63,977 nucleotides of DNA, filler included, from Octopus bimaculoides (GCF_001194135.2; 4 parts of 3 records of this genome joined end to end with filler, not necessarily neighbours in it), one strand, 5' to 3'; shown: positions 1 to 13,700, counted from the first letter of the whole stretch. The notes: a model not told the origin generated them from the letters alone. Made by a program: numbers and translations.

Positions 1-42
1 ATATATAAATATATAAATGTGTGTGTGTATATATATATGTGC

Positions 43-74
<32 letters not shown>

Positions 75-678
75 GCATATACAAGTTTAGATAATGATGC
101 AAATAAACATATAAAACCACTTGGCCGAGTCACACAAAATATACATACATATATATACATGCAAATAGAGTGAGATCAAAGACAGAAAATATTCAGGCAA
201 TGAATATTTATGTGTAAATATCTAGATATTTATATATCAACAGAACAAACATACACAGAATAGAAAGACACAGAAAATTAAGGAGAGAAAGTATGGTGTT
301 ACAGATGTGACAGCTGTTTCTCTGGGCTCAGAATTACTTCATGATGTTAGCAGATGTAGTTTACAAAAAATTCAAGAATATGCAACCAGTAGTGGAAACC
401 TAAACATTATGTAGATATATTTCTTCATTGCCTACAAGGGGCTAAACATAGAGGGGACAAACAAAGGGATTAAGTCGGTTACATCGACCCCAGTGCGTAA
501 CTGGTATTTTTTAATCGACCCTGTAAGGATGAAAGGCAAAGTCAACCTCAGTGGAATTTGAACTCAGAAGGTTAAGACAGACAAAATACTGCTAAGCATT
601 TCGCCCGGCGTGCTAACAATTCTGCCAGCTCACTGTCTTCATACGTAGATAAGTTTATGGGCATGTCTGTAAATAAGA

Positions 679-1152
679 TACTCTTTACTCTCTTTTACTC
701 TTTTACCTGCTTCAGTCATTTGACTGCGGCCATGCTGGAGCACCGCCCTTAGTCGAGTAAATCGACCCCAGGACTTATTCTTTGTAAGCCTAGTACTTAT
801 TCAATCGGTCTCTTTTTGCCGAACCGCTAAGTTACGGGGACGTAAACACACCNNNNNNNNNNTGCCGAACCGCTAAGTTACGGGGACGTAAACACACCAG
901 CATCGGTTGTCAAGTGATGTTGGGGGGACAAACACAGACACACAAACACACAAACATATACACACACACACATATATACAAATATACGACTGGCTTCTTT
1001 CAGTTTCTGTCTACCAAATCCACTCACAAGGCTTTGGTCGGCCCGAGGCTATAGTAGAAGACACTTGCCCAAGGTGCCATGCAGTGGGACTGAACCCTGA
1101 ACCATGTGGTTGGTAAGCAAGCTACTTACCACACAGCCACTCCTGCTCCTAT
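679..1152 (-). mobile_element. SINE family A (tRNA-like head, central (CA/TA)n, (GAGTAAAA)n tail), near full length
   Basis: Head GTAGG..GAGTGGCTGTGTGGTAAGTAGC..GGTTCAGTCCC, shared with more than 10 other copies in the window; contains a 10-N gap artefact. Confidence 0.9.
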
Positions 1153-2059
1153 GTAGATAAGTTTATGTACATGTTTGTGTGTGTATGCACTTTTGTCTCA
1201 TTCCCTCACTATCAATGGTGGTCTCTGTTTCTAATCTTCCTTGTAAATATATCAGGCTATGGGGAAATAATACCTTATTTTGAAATAAGGAAAGCATCAA
1301 CAAGGAAAAGCACCTGGCCATAGAAATTCTGCCTCGACAAATTTTGTCTGATCAATGAAAGCATGGAAAAAAAAAGAGTAAAGTTACCGTCTCGAGTCAT
1401 ACTGACTGATAAGGGCTGTTTTCCTAGTTTCATGGCATATATATTCTCTCACATGGAGAGGATGCCAGTCCATCACATGATTACTCATTTTTGACAGCTG
1501 AGCAGACTGGAGCAATGTGAAACGAAGTGTTTTGCCCATGAACATCTATCACCCAGCCTAACCACTAAACCACATGCTTCCACAGCATGGAAAAGCAAAC
1601 ATTGAAATTAAAATATGTTTATGTGAGTAAAAGACAGGATGGTCACAGCTGGAATGTCTTCCATGAAAGGTTGGTTTTTAATCAGGACTGATTTTAGATT
1701 AACCCTTCAGCATTTAAACAAGTCATATCCAGCCCTGTTTTATGGTGAAACTGACCAGATCTGGCCTCTCACACCCATTCTACAATGTAATTCTAAAACT
1801 AAATAGTTACATGATCACAATCTCAAACACAACGAGATAATGCTTGATTAATTCAAAACAATTTGAATAAATAGATATTACATTTAACAGAATAATGTGA
1901 ATGCTAAAGGGTTAAACTTCCTCCCTGTATTTGAAATAGGAACCACATAACCCAGCTCCTGTTGTCAGTGCTGTGTAATCAAACACCCAACTCAATATTT
2001 TCTTCCTGAAATTCCCCTATTATCTTTGAAGGTGAATGGAACTGGTAAACCAGAATTCT

Positions 2060-2867
2060 GTAGATAGCAGCCTCACTATATATATATATTATATAGTCAT
2101 TATACATACATACTGGTATGTATATAATGACATTCTGCGGATGGAAACCTCACTATACATATCATTATATATTCATTATACACACATGGTATGTACATAT
2201 TAAATTTCAGTCGATAGCAAACTTACAATACACATTATTATATAACTATTAAGGGCTGCGAGCTGGCAGAATCATTAGCATGCCAAGCAAGATGTTTAGC
2301 AGCATTTCATTTCTCTCTATGTTCTGAGTTCAAATTCCACTGATGTTGACTTTGCAATTCATCCTTTCAAGGGTCAATAAAATAAGCAACAGTCGAGTAC
2401 TGGAATAGATTTAATTTGCTTGGCCCCTCGTCCAAAATTCCTGCTCTAGTGCCAGAATTTGGAACCATTATTATATAGTTATTATACACATACAGTGGTA
2501 TGTATATAACAAGATTTTTTCAATAGCAGCATCACTATAAACATTATTATGTAGCTGTTATTTACATGCTGTGATATGTATATCGCAAATTTATGTTGAT
2601 AGCAAACTTACTATACACATTATTATATTGTGGTATATATTTATATATATAACATAAATAAAAAAAATACATATATATATGCATATATACATATATGTAC
2701 ATACTTACATATATATATATGTGTATATATATATATGCATATATGGGTACAGGACATCACAAAACGTAAACAACACACAATACGAAAACAACGTGAATTA
2801 CGAAATACAAAAGCAGATGAAATACGGCGACAAACTTGGGCATGCAACACATATATGTTTGTATATA

Positions 2868-2899
<32 letters not shown>

Positions 2900-2909
2900 N
2901 NNNNNNNNN

Positions 2910-2954
<45 letters not shown>

Positions 2955-4520
2955 TATACTACTATATAATTGAACACCATGCATCCATTTCCAAGTAAGT
3001 TTATCTTAATGTTGATGCTACTCTATCCTGTACTGTTCTCTCTCGACCCCTTTCGTTTTCTCTCCCTTCCTTTCTCTAATTCGTTTTTCTCTCCTTCTCC
3101 CCCTTTTGTTTTTTCTCTCTCTCATCCTTTCTCTAATTCTTTTTTCTCCCCCTCACCATTTTCTATCTCTCGATCAGTCTCTCTTTCTCTCTCTCTCTCT
3201 CCTTCCCTCTGCCTCCTGTACTCTCTCGTTGCTCACACGTGATCATTGTCCATCTTTCTTTTCTTCACGTTATCATCTTTCACACAGATCAGACAGATTC
3301 TAATCAGTCTCCTATCTTTTTTCTTGTCAAAGAATTTTCCTCCAGCATTCACTACCTTACCTCGTCTGGCGTAACGCCCCTCCATGTTTGCTTTCATTTG
3401 GTTTGTTGTATGTCTCCACCGTCCTGTTTTTGTTACCAACTTTGACCCTCTACAAATCCCAAATTTTATTTTGGTTTGTGGGAGCAACTGTTTCCATCTA
3501 CCAAATCCATTCACAAGGCTTTCAGCAGTTCCAGGGTATTTTAGAAGACACCTGCCCAAGATGCCATATAGTGGGTCTGAACCCGAAACCATGTGGCTAC
3601 GAAGCAAGCTTCTTCCACACAGCCATGCCTGCACCTACATTTTTAATGGCATACTGCTAATATTAATCTCAGCATACACTTCACTCTCTAATTCTTATCC
3701 TCACAATAGAATGAATGTTTTAGCATATAGGTGGCAAGCTGACAAAACCATTAGAGTGTCTTTATGTTCTGAGTTCAAATCCTGCTGAGGTCAACTTTGC
3801 ATTGCATCCCTCTGAGGGGTCAGTAAAATAAAGTATCAAAGTACCAGGCAAGTACTGGAATTGGTTGCATCAACTAACCCCCTCCCCTCAAAAATTGCTA
3901 AACTCCTACTCAAACCATTTTATATGCACTGGAATGTGTGTACAAACATGCTACAATATAAACATACCTTAGTAAGTTTATAATGAAATTCTGTGGATTG
4001 AAACCTGACTATGCACCATATATACACATTAGACACGGTGTGGTATGTATTTGTAGTATATATATATATATATAACAAAATCTCCTGTTGATAGGGACCT
4101 CACTACATACCTCGTTATGTACATGCAGTGCTATGTATATAAAAAGGATCTTGTTTGTAGAAACCTCATGATGCCCAATTATATAGTCATTATACACACA
4201 ATGCTATGTATATTGTAGATACCTCACTATACAACTGATAATATGTTCACTATACAAACACTATAGCATGTATATAATAATATTCCGTTGATAGACATTT
4301 CACTACACAGGTTATTCTAAGGAAGTTACTATACACACTGAGACATATGTATATCAAGATCTTGTTGATAGAAACCTCACTATAGGCATCATATAGTCAT
4401 TATACACACACTCTGGTATGTATATAACAAGATTTTGTTGATAGAAACCTCATTATATACCATATTGTAAAGCTTTATAGCCCAGTTTCTATTAGGAAGA
4501 TTGCATTATATACATTCCAG
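2060..4520. repeat. Degenerate ~65-bp minisatellite in two blocks (2060-2640, 3910-4520), interrupted by SINEs and microsatellites
   Basis: Recurring TTGATAGAAACCTCACTATA...ATATAGTCATTATACACAC...GGTATGTATATAACAAGAT. Confidence 0.75.
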
Positions 4521-4584
4521 ATTGTGTGTATAATAATCATATCAGAACACTACCATCTTTTAGCTTAAAAGTCATGCTGTATAA

Positions 4585-4601
4585 TGGTGTGTGTGTATGT
4601 G

Positions 4602-4666
<65 letters not shown>

Positions 4667-4847
4667 GTATGTATGTATGTATACACATGTGTGTGTGTGC
4701 ATGTATGCATCTATATGTATGCATGTATGTATGTATGTATACACGTGTGTGTGTGTAAGCAGGTACTTATTGTGCATTGATATTTAATAGGATCAAGGTG
4801 TGAAAAATGCTGATATATAAAATCATATATATGTATACATTTATGGA

Positions 4848-4895
<48 letters not shown>

Positions 4896-5141
4896 GTGAG
4901 CATGTGTGCCTATATACATGTACATAAATATATATATGCATATGTGTGCATATATATAAATATATATATATATACATGCATAAATGTTTGTGTGTATATA
5001 TGTATATATATATATATATATACATATACACATATACATACATGCGTACACACACTCACACACACACACACAAACATACATGGGAAGGAAAAAAAGAAAA
5101 TCAGAGATAAATAGCAGGAAGTGATGTGAGAGCATATACAC

Positions 5142-5174
<33 letters not shown>

Positions 5175-5200
5175 TATATATAGCACACATACACACACAT
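4585..5200. repeat. Compound (TA)n/(CA)n/(TATG)n microsatellites; similar tracts at 1-120, 2630-2950, 5920-5980, 6354-6540, 11165-11450, 47150-47205, 53820-54075, 59870-60200, 61430-62036
   Basis: Direct; these produce the YIYI/THTH/CVCV ORFs. Confidence 0.95.
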
Positions 5201-5921
5201 GTGTGTGTTGGGGTGGGGGTAAGAAACAAGAGCAGCTGTTTAATGCTTGTTTAATGCTACATATAACTAATGATGCATGAATAGATAGCTTGTTGTTAGT
5301 GGTAGTAGTAGTGGTGGCGGTGGTAGTGGCTCTGATGGTGATATTAGGGTTGTGGTGCTTGTGGTAATTTTTATGATAGTTGTGGTGGTGGTAGTAGTAG
5401 TGGTGGTAATAATCGTAGTATTGGTGATGATGTTGTTGATCAACTCCAGATAGCCATATCTCTATATAATACAATACATACACACATATGTGTGTGTGTG
5501 TGCGTTTATATATATATATATGCTTTTAGATGTCTATATATCTATCTATATGTGTGTATACACACACACATACACGTATGTTGCTCTTGTTCAAATTGTA
5601 TATTTTCTTTGCAGTGGGGAGGTGGGAAGGAACTTCAAATCATTTCCAATTGAGCAGAGTAATGAATGAAAGAATCATTCCTCCTATGACCATCTTGCTT
5701 GTGTAATGGCTGCCTTGGACAGCATCATCAGATATATCTCTCCTTCTTTCCTTTCCTTATACTAACATAAGCCTGATGAAATCAAGTGAGATTTCACCGT
5801 TATTTCTAGCATACCACGAGACCATGCCTCGTAGCTCTTCTTGTTGAATGCTGGTCGTTGAATGTTGTTGTAATAATGGAGGTGGTTGTGGCAAAGATAT
5901 TATTTATTGATGGTATACAAA

Positions 5922-5958
<37 letters not shown>

Positions 5959-6353
5959 GAGAGAGAGAGAGAGAGAGAGANNNNNNNNNNNNNNNNNNNN
6001 NNNNNNNNNNNNNNNNNNNNNNNNNNNNNNNNNNNNNNNNNNNNNNNNNNNNNNNNNNNNNNNNNNNNNNNNNNNNNNNNNNNNNNNNNNNNNNNNNNNN
6101 NNNNNNNNNNNNNNNNNNNNNNNNNNNNNNNNNNNNNNNNNNNNNNNNNNNNNNNNNNNNNNNNNNNNNNNNNNNNNNNNNNNNNNNNNNNNNNNNNNNN
6201 NNNNNNNNNNNNNNNNNNNNNNNNNNNNNNNNNNNNNNNNNNNNNNNNNNNNNNNNNNNNNNNNNNNNNNNNNNNNNNNNNNNNNNNNNNNNNNNNNNNN
6301 NNNNNNNNNNNNNNNNNNNNNNNNNNNNNNNNNNNNNNNNNNNNNNNNNNNNN

Positions 6354-6403
<50 letters not shown>

Positions 6404-7137
6404 GTACATATATATATATAAATGTACTTGTGTTTATGTATGTGGACATATAAGTGTGTGTGTATACATTCACATATATATATATATGTATATATGCATT
6501 ATTTCCACACGTGTGTGTGTGTGAATGCATGTGTGTATATATGATAAAATCTTCCTACCACACCTCCCCTTCCATACCTCTGCCATCTCCACTTCACTCC
6601 TCATTACATTAATCCACTCTGGTAGCTCTCATCAAATGTTAATTGTAAACTATCTACACAGTCTCTTTCTCTCTCCCTCTCTTTGTCTCTCCCTCTCTCT
6701 CTTATTCTCTATTTATCTATCAATCTATCCATCCATTTATCTGTTTGTCTCTCTACTCCTGTTTCTCATTCTTGTGCCGTCTGTTTTTCTTTCTTTCTCT
6801 CTCTCTCTTTCTCTGTGTTACTGTTTTTCCCTTCCTTCTCTCTCTTCTCTGATTTTCACTGCAGTCAATGAATCCACACATCTACACGAACTTGCATGGT
6901 TTACATATCACTTTACACAAACACAGGCATACACAGCCACAAGCATGCACACACACACACACACACACACATAATCTCAAACACAAATGCACAACATGCA
7001 CATCTTCACAATACACATATGCACACATCATAAACATATACACTCCCATGACACGCAAGCAGTCTCACTCATAAACACACAATGCACACACAAACACTGA
7101 CACATGCACACACACACACACACAAACACATATACAA

Positions 7138-7296
7138 ACACTCACGCACAATAACTTAGTCATACATATACACACATGCACATACCCTCACAAACACATA
7201 CACACACACACGCACACACACATACACACATACGAACACTCACGCACAATAACTTAGTCATACATATACACACATGCACATACCCTCACAAACACA
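7138..7296. repeat. ~60-bp segment duplicated with 98-bp period inside a (CA)-rich tract
   Basis: ACACTCACGCACAATAACTTAGTCATACATATACACACATGCACATACCCTCACAAACACA occurs twice. Confidence 0.85.
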
Positions 7297-8933
7297 CACA
7301 CTCGACCTAGACATTTAGAACGGCTTTAACAGTCAACTGTTAATCATGCTAACATGATTAAGGTTTTCTGTGGTGATGGTCATCATTTCATCATCGACTT
7401 ATAAGATGAAGGCAGTTTAATCTGCTTGCATCATACGGCAGGTTGTCTCTGTCATAATTAAAGTCTCCTCTACTATGAATCAGTTTGAATTTAGAATTAC
7501 TCCTCTCCTAGTTTTTGTGGAGATCTTGTTGCTCCGGGTTGAATTTCATTTGGAGTCACTGTCCATCTTGTTGGGTCACCTTTACTAATATGGCTCATAT
7601 CACAGCATAATGCTGCTAAAAGTGCTCAGCACGTAGAGGCAGGAAGTGAGGGAGGAAAAGAGGTGTTTACAGTCGATCGGTCGATTCTCTGTTTGGCTAC
7701 AGAACTACATCTTTCCATGAAGCAACGAAGGGTGCACTGTTGCAGGATTTTATCCATAATGCTGTTGTTGTGACTGCTGCTGTGGCTGTCATTGTTGTGG
7801 TTTCTTCTTCTTCTTCCTCAACTACAGCATATCTCTTCCCTTTCTTTCCCTTCTCCCTCCTCTTCCCCACTTCTTCTTCCCCTTCTCCCTCCTCCTCTTC
7901 TTTTTCCTCTTCTTCCTCCTCTTCTTTTTCCTCTTCCTCCTACTCTTCTCCCTCCCCTCCTCTCTTCTTCCACCTTCCCCCTTCTTCGCCTCCTCCCCCT
8001 ATCCCTCTGCTTCTCCTCCCCTCCCCTCCCCNNNNNNNNNNNNNNNNNNNNNNNNNNNNNNNNNNNNNNNNNNNNNNNNNNNNNNNNNNNNNNNNNNNNN
8101 NNNNNNNNNNNNNNNNNNNNNNNNNNNNNNNNNNNNNNNNNNNNNNNNNNNNNNNNNNNNNNNNNNNNNNNNNNNNNNNNNNNNNNNNNNNNNNNNNNNN
8201 NNNNNNNNNNNNNNNNNNNNNNNNNNNNNNNNNNNNNNNNNNNNNNNNNNNNNNNNNNNNNNNNNNNNNNNNNNNNNNNNNNNNNNNNNNNNNNNNNNNN
8301 NNNNNNNNNNNNNNNNNNNNNNNNNNNNNNNNNNNNNNNNNNNNNNNNNNNNNNNNNNNNNNNNNNNNNNNNNNNNNNNNNNNNNNNNNNNNNNNNNNNN
8401 NNNNNNNNNNNNNNNNNNNNNNNNNNNNNNNNNNNNNNNNNNNNNNNNNNNNNNNNNNNNNNNNNNNNNNNNNNNNNNNNNNNNNNNNNNNNNNNNNNNN
8501 NNNNNNNNNNNNNNNNNNNNNNNNNNNNNNNNNNNNNNNNNNNNNNNNNNNNNNNNNNNNNNNNNNNNNNNNNNNNNNNNNNNNNNNNNNNNNNNNNNNN
8601 NNNNNNNNNNNNNNNNNNNNNNNNNNNNNNNNNNNNNNNNNNNNNNNNNNNNNNNNNNNNNNNNNNNNNNNNNNNNNNNNNNNNNNNNNNNNNNNNNNNN
8701 NNNNNNNNNNNNNNNNNNNNNNNNNNNNNNNNNNNNNNNNNNNNNNNNNNNNNNNNNNNNNNNNNNNNNNNNNNNNNNNNNNNNNNNNNNNNNNNNNNNN
8801 NNNNNNNNNNNNNNNNNNNNNNNNNNNNNNNNNNNNNNNNNNNNNNNNNNNNNNNNNNNNNNNNNNNNNNNNNNNNNNNNNNNNNNNNNNNNNNNNNNNN
8901 NNNNNNNNNNNNNNNNNNNNNNNNNNNNNNNNN

Positions 8934-9051
8934 TTTAAGCCTAATACTTATTCTATTGATCTCTTTTGCTGAACTGCTCAGTTACAGGGACATAAATGTG
9001 CCTACACCAATTGTCAAGAAGTGGTGGGGGACAAACACAAGATACACATGC

Positions 9052-9097
<46 letters not shown>

Positions 9098-9270
9098 ATA
9101 AATACAACGGGCTTCTTTCAGTTTCTGTTTATCAAATTCGCTCATGAGGCTTTGATTGGCCTGAAGCTATAGTGGAAGACTCTTGCCCAAGGTACCATGC
9201 AGTGGGACTGAACCCAGAACCATGTGGTTGGGAAGCAAGCTTCTCACCACACAGCCATGCCTGCACCTAT
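8934..9270 (-). mobile_element. SINE family A, older copy. Further copies or partials near 3488-3638(-), 12577-12745(+), 12830-13025(-), 18768-19190(+), 25003-25330(+), 51245-51625(+), 55411-55560(-), 57930-58035(+), 58865-59020(+), 61081-61400(-), 63868-63950(+)
   Basis: Visual alignment to the family A consensus seen in the window; boundaries approximate. Confidence 0.8.
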
Positions 9271-9733
9271 AGGTGCTATTTCACCATTAGATATAAGAGA
9301 GAGAGAAAGAGGGAGAGAGAGAGAGAGGGGGGTGGAGCCTGAGGAGAAGAAGAAGAATGGAACATGAGATGAAAGTATTTGACAGAATTAGAGAATGATA
9401 TTTATGACAAAGATAAAAGGCAATAATAGATTCTAATAAATATAATAATTGATATGTTAATTAACATTGAGAATAGTTATGAACGCAATGAGCTGGTAGA
9501 ATTGTTAACACACTGGGGAAAATGCTTAGCAGCATTTCATTCATCTTCACATCCTGAGTTCAAATTCCACGAAGGTCAACTTTCCAGGATCCAAGGTCAT
9601 TTTTTCTGGGTTGATGAAATAGGTACCAGTTGATGTAATTGACTTGCCTACTCCCCTGGAAATTGGTGGCCTTGTGCCAAAATTTTAAACACACAATGCA
9701 AATTTGAGGTGTTGTGCTTATAGTAGAAAGGAT

Positions 9734-9921
<188 letters not shown>

Positions 9922-10157
9922 GGCACCAGTGAGCTGGCAGAATTGTTAGCACACTGAACGAAATACTTCAGAGTATTTCTTTCATTGCTGTGTTCTGACT
10001 TCAAATCCTGTCGAAGTCAACTTAGCCTTTCATCTATTTGGGGTTGATGTATTATGTACCAGTGAAACAATGGGGTCAGTGTAATCAACTAGTTCCCTCC
10101 CCAAAATTTCAGGCCTTGTGCCTTTAGCAGAAAGGATTATTATCATCATCATCATCA

Positions 10158-10190
<33 letters not shown>

Positions 10191-11160
10191 GAAGACAAGT
10201 TTCTCAAGTATCAGAAACAATTGTAAGGCCTGTAGCCTTACAGTATTTCATTTAATCCTTCTGTAGTCAAAATTCCATTGAAGTGAACATTACTTTTCAT
10301 TTATCCAAGGTTTACATGACTCATTGTGGCAAGCTTCCAGTTGATCACTGTACCAGTCAAGTACTGGGTTCAATCCCCTAGAATTACTGGCCTTGTGCCA
10401 AAATTTGAAACCAATAGTAATAATCTTCTATAGTCACTTCTTCAACAGTCACAAGGCCTGAAATTTCTAGGGGAGGGAGCGAATCAATTAGATTGACACC
10501 AGTGCTTATCAGGTATTTATTTCATTGACCCTGTATGAATGGAAGGTCAGGTTGATCTCAGTGGAATTTGAACTCAGAACATAAAAAGGGACAAAATGCC
10601 ACTAAGAATTTTGTCTGATGCAGCAACAATTCTGCCAGCTCACCACCTTGAACTCTGATACTAATAATAATAATAACTGCACCAATATCGGTAATTGTTT
10701 CAGCTTGTTGTATCTGTACTCCCTTAGAGAGAGGTGTGGTGTGCTCACGTGTCCCTATTTACTACAACCATATTCAAATATCTGGCATAAAGTAAAGCAG
10801 TATTAAATCTCTTAATATGGAGACTAACAGAAGAGAGAGAGAGAAAGGGAGTGAAATTGATTGATAGATTCAGAGAGGGAACAAGAGAAAGAGAGAGAGA
10901 TAGAGCAAAAGAGGGAGAGAGATAGAGCAAAAGAGGGAGAGAGATGTAATGAAGGACATAGAGAAATGATGATGAGAGAGAAGCAGTGAGCATCATTAAT
11001 AGAAATAATAATTAGTTGTTTTGCTTAAACTTAGTATAGTCACTTGATGTGGTTTCCTTGATAAATGGAGAGTAATACTTCACATTAATGAGTTCCTTGT
11101 ACTGAACAACAAGCTGATTACTTGCCTAAATTAATCTTCAGAGGAAACTGCTAAGAAAGA

Positions 11161-11198
<38 letters not shown>

Positions 11199-11533
11199 NN
11201 NNNNNNNNNNNNNNNNNNNNNNNNNNNNNNNNNNNNNNNNNNNNNNNNNNNNNNNNNNNNNNNNNNNNNNNNNNNNNNNNNNNNNNNNNNNNNNNNNNNN
11301 NNNNNNNNNNNNNNNNNNNNNNNNNNNNNNNNNNNNNNNNNNNNNNNNNNNNNNNNNNNNNNNNNNNNNNNNNNNNNNNNNNNNNNNNNNNNNNNNNNNN
11401 NNNNNNNNNNNNNNNNNNNNNNNNNNNNNATATATATATATATATATATATATGGAATGTGAGACAGAGAGAAACATATGTGGAGTGAAAAAGATGGACA
11501 TACAAACAGTGATATACAAATTGATAAAGATGA

Positions 11534-11565
<32 letters not shown>

Positions 11566-13224
11566 CATGAGAGGGAGAGTGAGAGGGAGAGTGAGAGGGA
11601 GAGTGAGAGGGAGAGTGAGAGGCAGAAACATCTTTCGTGAGATCAGTCATGTTTGCATGGTATCCAATCGGGAGAGCATCAGTGACCCATGATCGAAATA
11701 AAAGTAACAAAAATAATAGATATTTGCTAAGTTGAAATGCCACACGCTCATTTACTACATTTTCCTTTAAGAGATAAGGGGATAATATACCATGTTCATG
11801 AGCCATCAGTGCGGAACAAGGCCAATTACAGGTCTAAATGAATCTTCAGATGAATGCACCGAAAGAGAAGCATATATCAGATGGTAGGAGCAGAGAAGAG
11901 AGAGAGAGAGAGAGAGAGATGAGAGAGAACAGCGGGGGTGGGGAGTGGAGAGAGAGACATAGAACAGGAATGCAATGAGAGAAAGACAGAGAGATTGAGA
12001 GAGAGAAAAGAGAGGGATGAATGATTTATGTTTAAAAACAAGTAACTGAGATCGATGAGTTATGTTGAAACTGGAATTGAAAATATTTGTCATTAAAAAC
12101 CAGTGGTGTGAATAAGTGGATGAGTATACCTACTCATGTTACTTTGGCTAAATGCAATGTCTTTCATCTTAGAGACATCGTGTAGACAATATCGTGGATA
12201 ACTAAATTTCTACAAATTTCAGCATTGAATTTTGAAATATTTTTTAAAATGAGAATATAAAATAAAATTAAATATAACATAATTATTTAGCTAAGGTTAC
12301 ATTTCATAGCTCTTTGGCGCTTAGCACTATCATAATTTATTCCCATCGACTTCAGACTGAATACAAAGTCTGCTGTTGTACACACGTTATGTAAAGAATT
12401 TTATGGAATAATTAAATTTCTACTAATTTCAGAAATATGAAATATATCTTGCCATATTTTCAAAATTCAGCTTTTCAATGAAATTGTATGTATAAAATAA
12501 TTCTTAAACTTAGCTGTTCAACATCAACACCAACGCTTGCTATCATATGTGACAAGTTTTACTTTTATATGCACACGTAGGTGCAGGAGTGGCTGTGTGG
12601 TAAGTAGCTTGCTTACCAACCACATGGTTCCGGGTTCATTCCCACTGCGTGGCATCTTGGGCAAGTGTCTTCTACTATAGCCACGGGCCGACCAAAGCCT
12701 TGTGAGCGGATTTGGTAGACGGAAACTGAGTAAAGAGTAAAGAGTACATTATTATATGTTTTTAGAAGAACTGTTATCAAGCAGGGTAACATGTTATAAC
12801 ATGAAACATTGTTTCAGTAAATAATGCACTATTTTGTATTCTTTCATTTGTTCCAATCATTTAATTCTGGCCATGCTGGAGCACCACCTTAAAGGATTTT
12901 AGTTGAAAAAAATTGATCACAGGACTTATTTTTAAAGCCTAGTAGTTATTCTATCGTTCTCTTTTGTTGAACCACTAGGTTATGGGGGACATAAACACTC
13001 CAACACTAGTTGTCAAGTGGTGATGGTGGGGGGAATTTGTACTGGATTTTGCAGAGTTTTGAATTTTTTTTTAACATTTTGTTTTTGCAATTGTTTGATA
13101 ATACAGACATAGACTTGCCCAAATGCATCAATAAATTAACATTGATATTCTTTTCACCATTGTTACAACCATCCGAAATGGAACTGTGAATGCATGATAT
13201 TATGACATAAATATTATGGAAACC

Positions 13225-13700
13225 AATTTCCCCCAGACTGATGGTTTTTAGGTGTATCTCCAGATGAGGGAGTCATCATGTTGCTCCACATCTTCGAACA
13301 GAGCCTTAGGCTCAACACAGAGAATTATTTGAAGCTGCTGGAGACTGTGGTCAAATCCTGGTAGGAGAGAATTACTGCTGCAAGTGGAAGGCCATATGCA
13401 TGACAGCAGAATTCAGCTCCATCCCATACCTCTGGAAAGAGTCAGAAGTAGTTGTCAGAGAATTTCTACAACTTCACCATCCCAATATTCTGGCCTCTTA
13501 TTTTCCCTGACTGTAATCCCATGGATTACTATTTGTAGGGTACAGTTGAGAAAGACACAAAACACGCTGGCTACAACACGAAGGGCAAGCTGGTGGCCAA
13601 GATCAAGAAGGTGCATGAAGACCTCAGAAACACAGTGAGGAACACAAAACTGTCTTAAGGCCATAGTGGAAGCTGAGGGTGGCAACTTTGAATACAAACT
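13225..13700 (+). mobile_element. Decayed Tc1/mariner DD37D (maT) transposase, C-terminal catalytic region
   Basis: Frame from 13269: ...RPYA*QQNSAPSHTSGKSQK*LSENFYNFTIPIFWPLIFPDCNPMDYYL*G; exactly 37 residues between the second catalytic position (AAT, 13410) and the final D (13524); several stops. Confidence 0.85.

Noticed and set aside
817-898. Perfect 36-bp direct repeat around a 10-N gap
   Set aside because: Unmerged contig overlap within a SINE; assembly artefact.
907-1116. Near-identical 67-69 aa ORFs at 907, 62969 and related ORFs (QIHSQGFG…EDTCPRCH…) suggesting a gene family
   Set aside because: They are the antisense reading of SINE family A.
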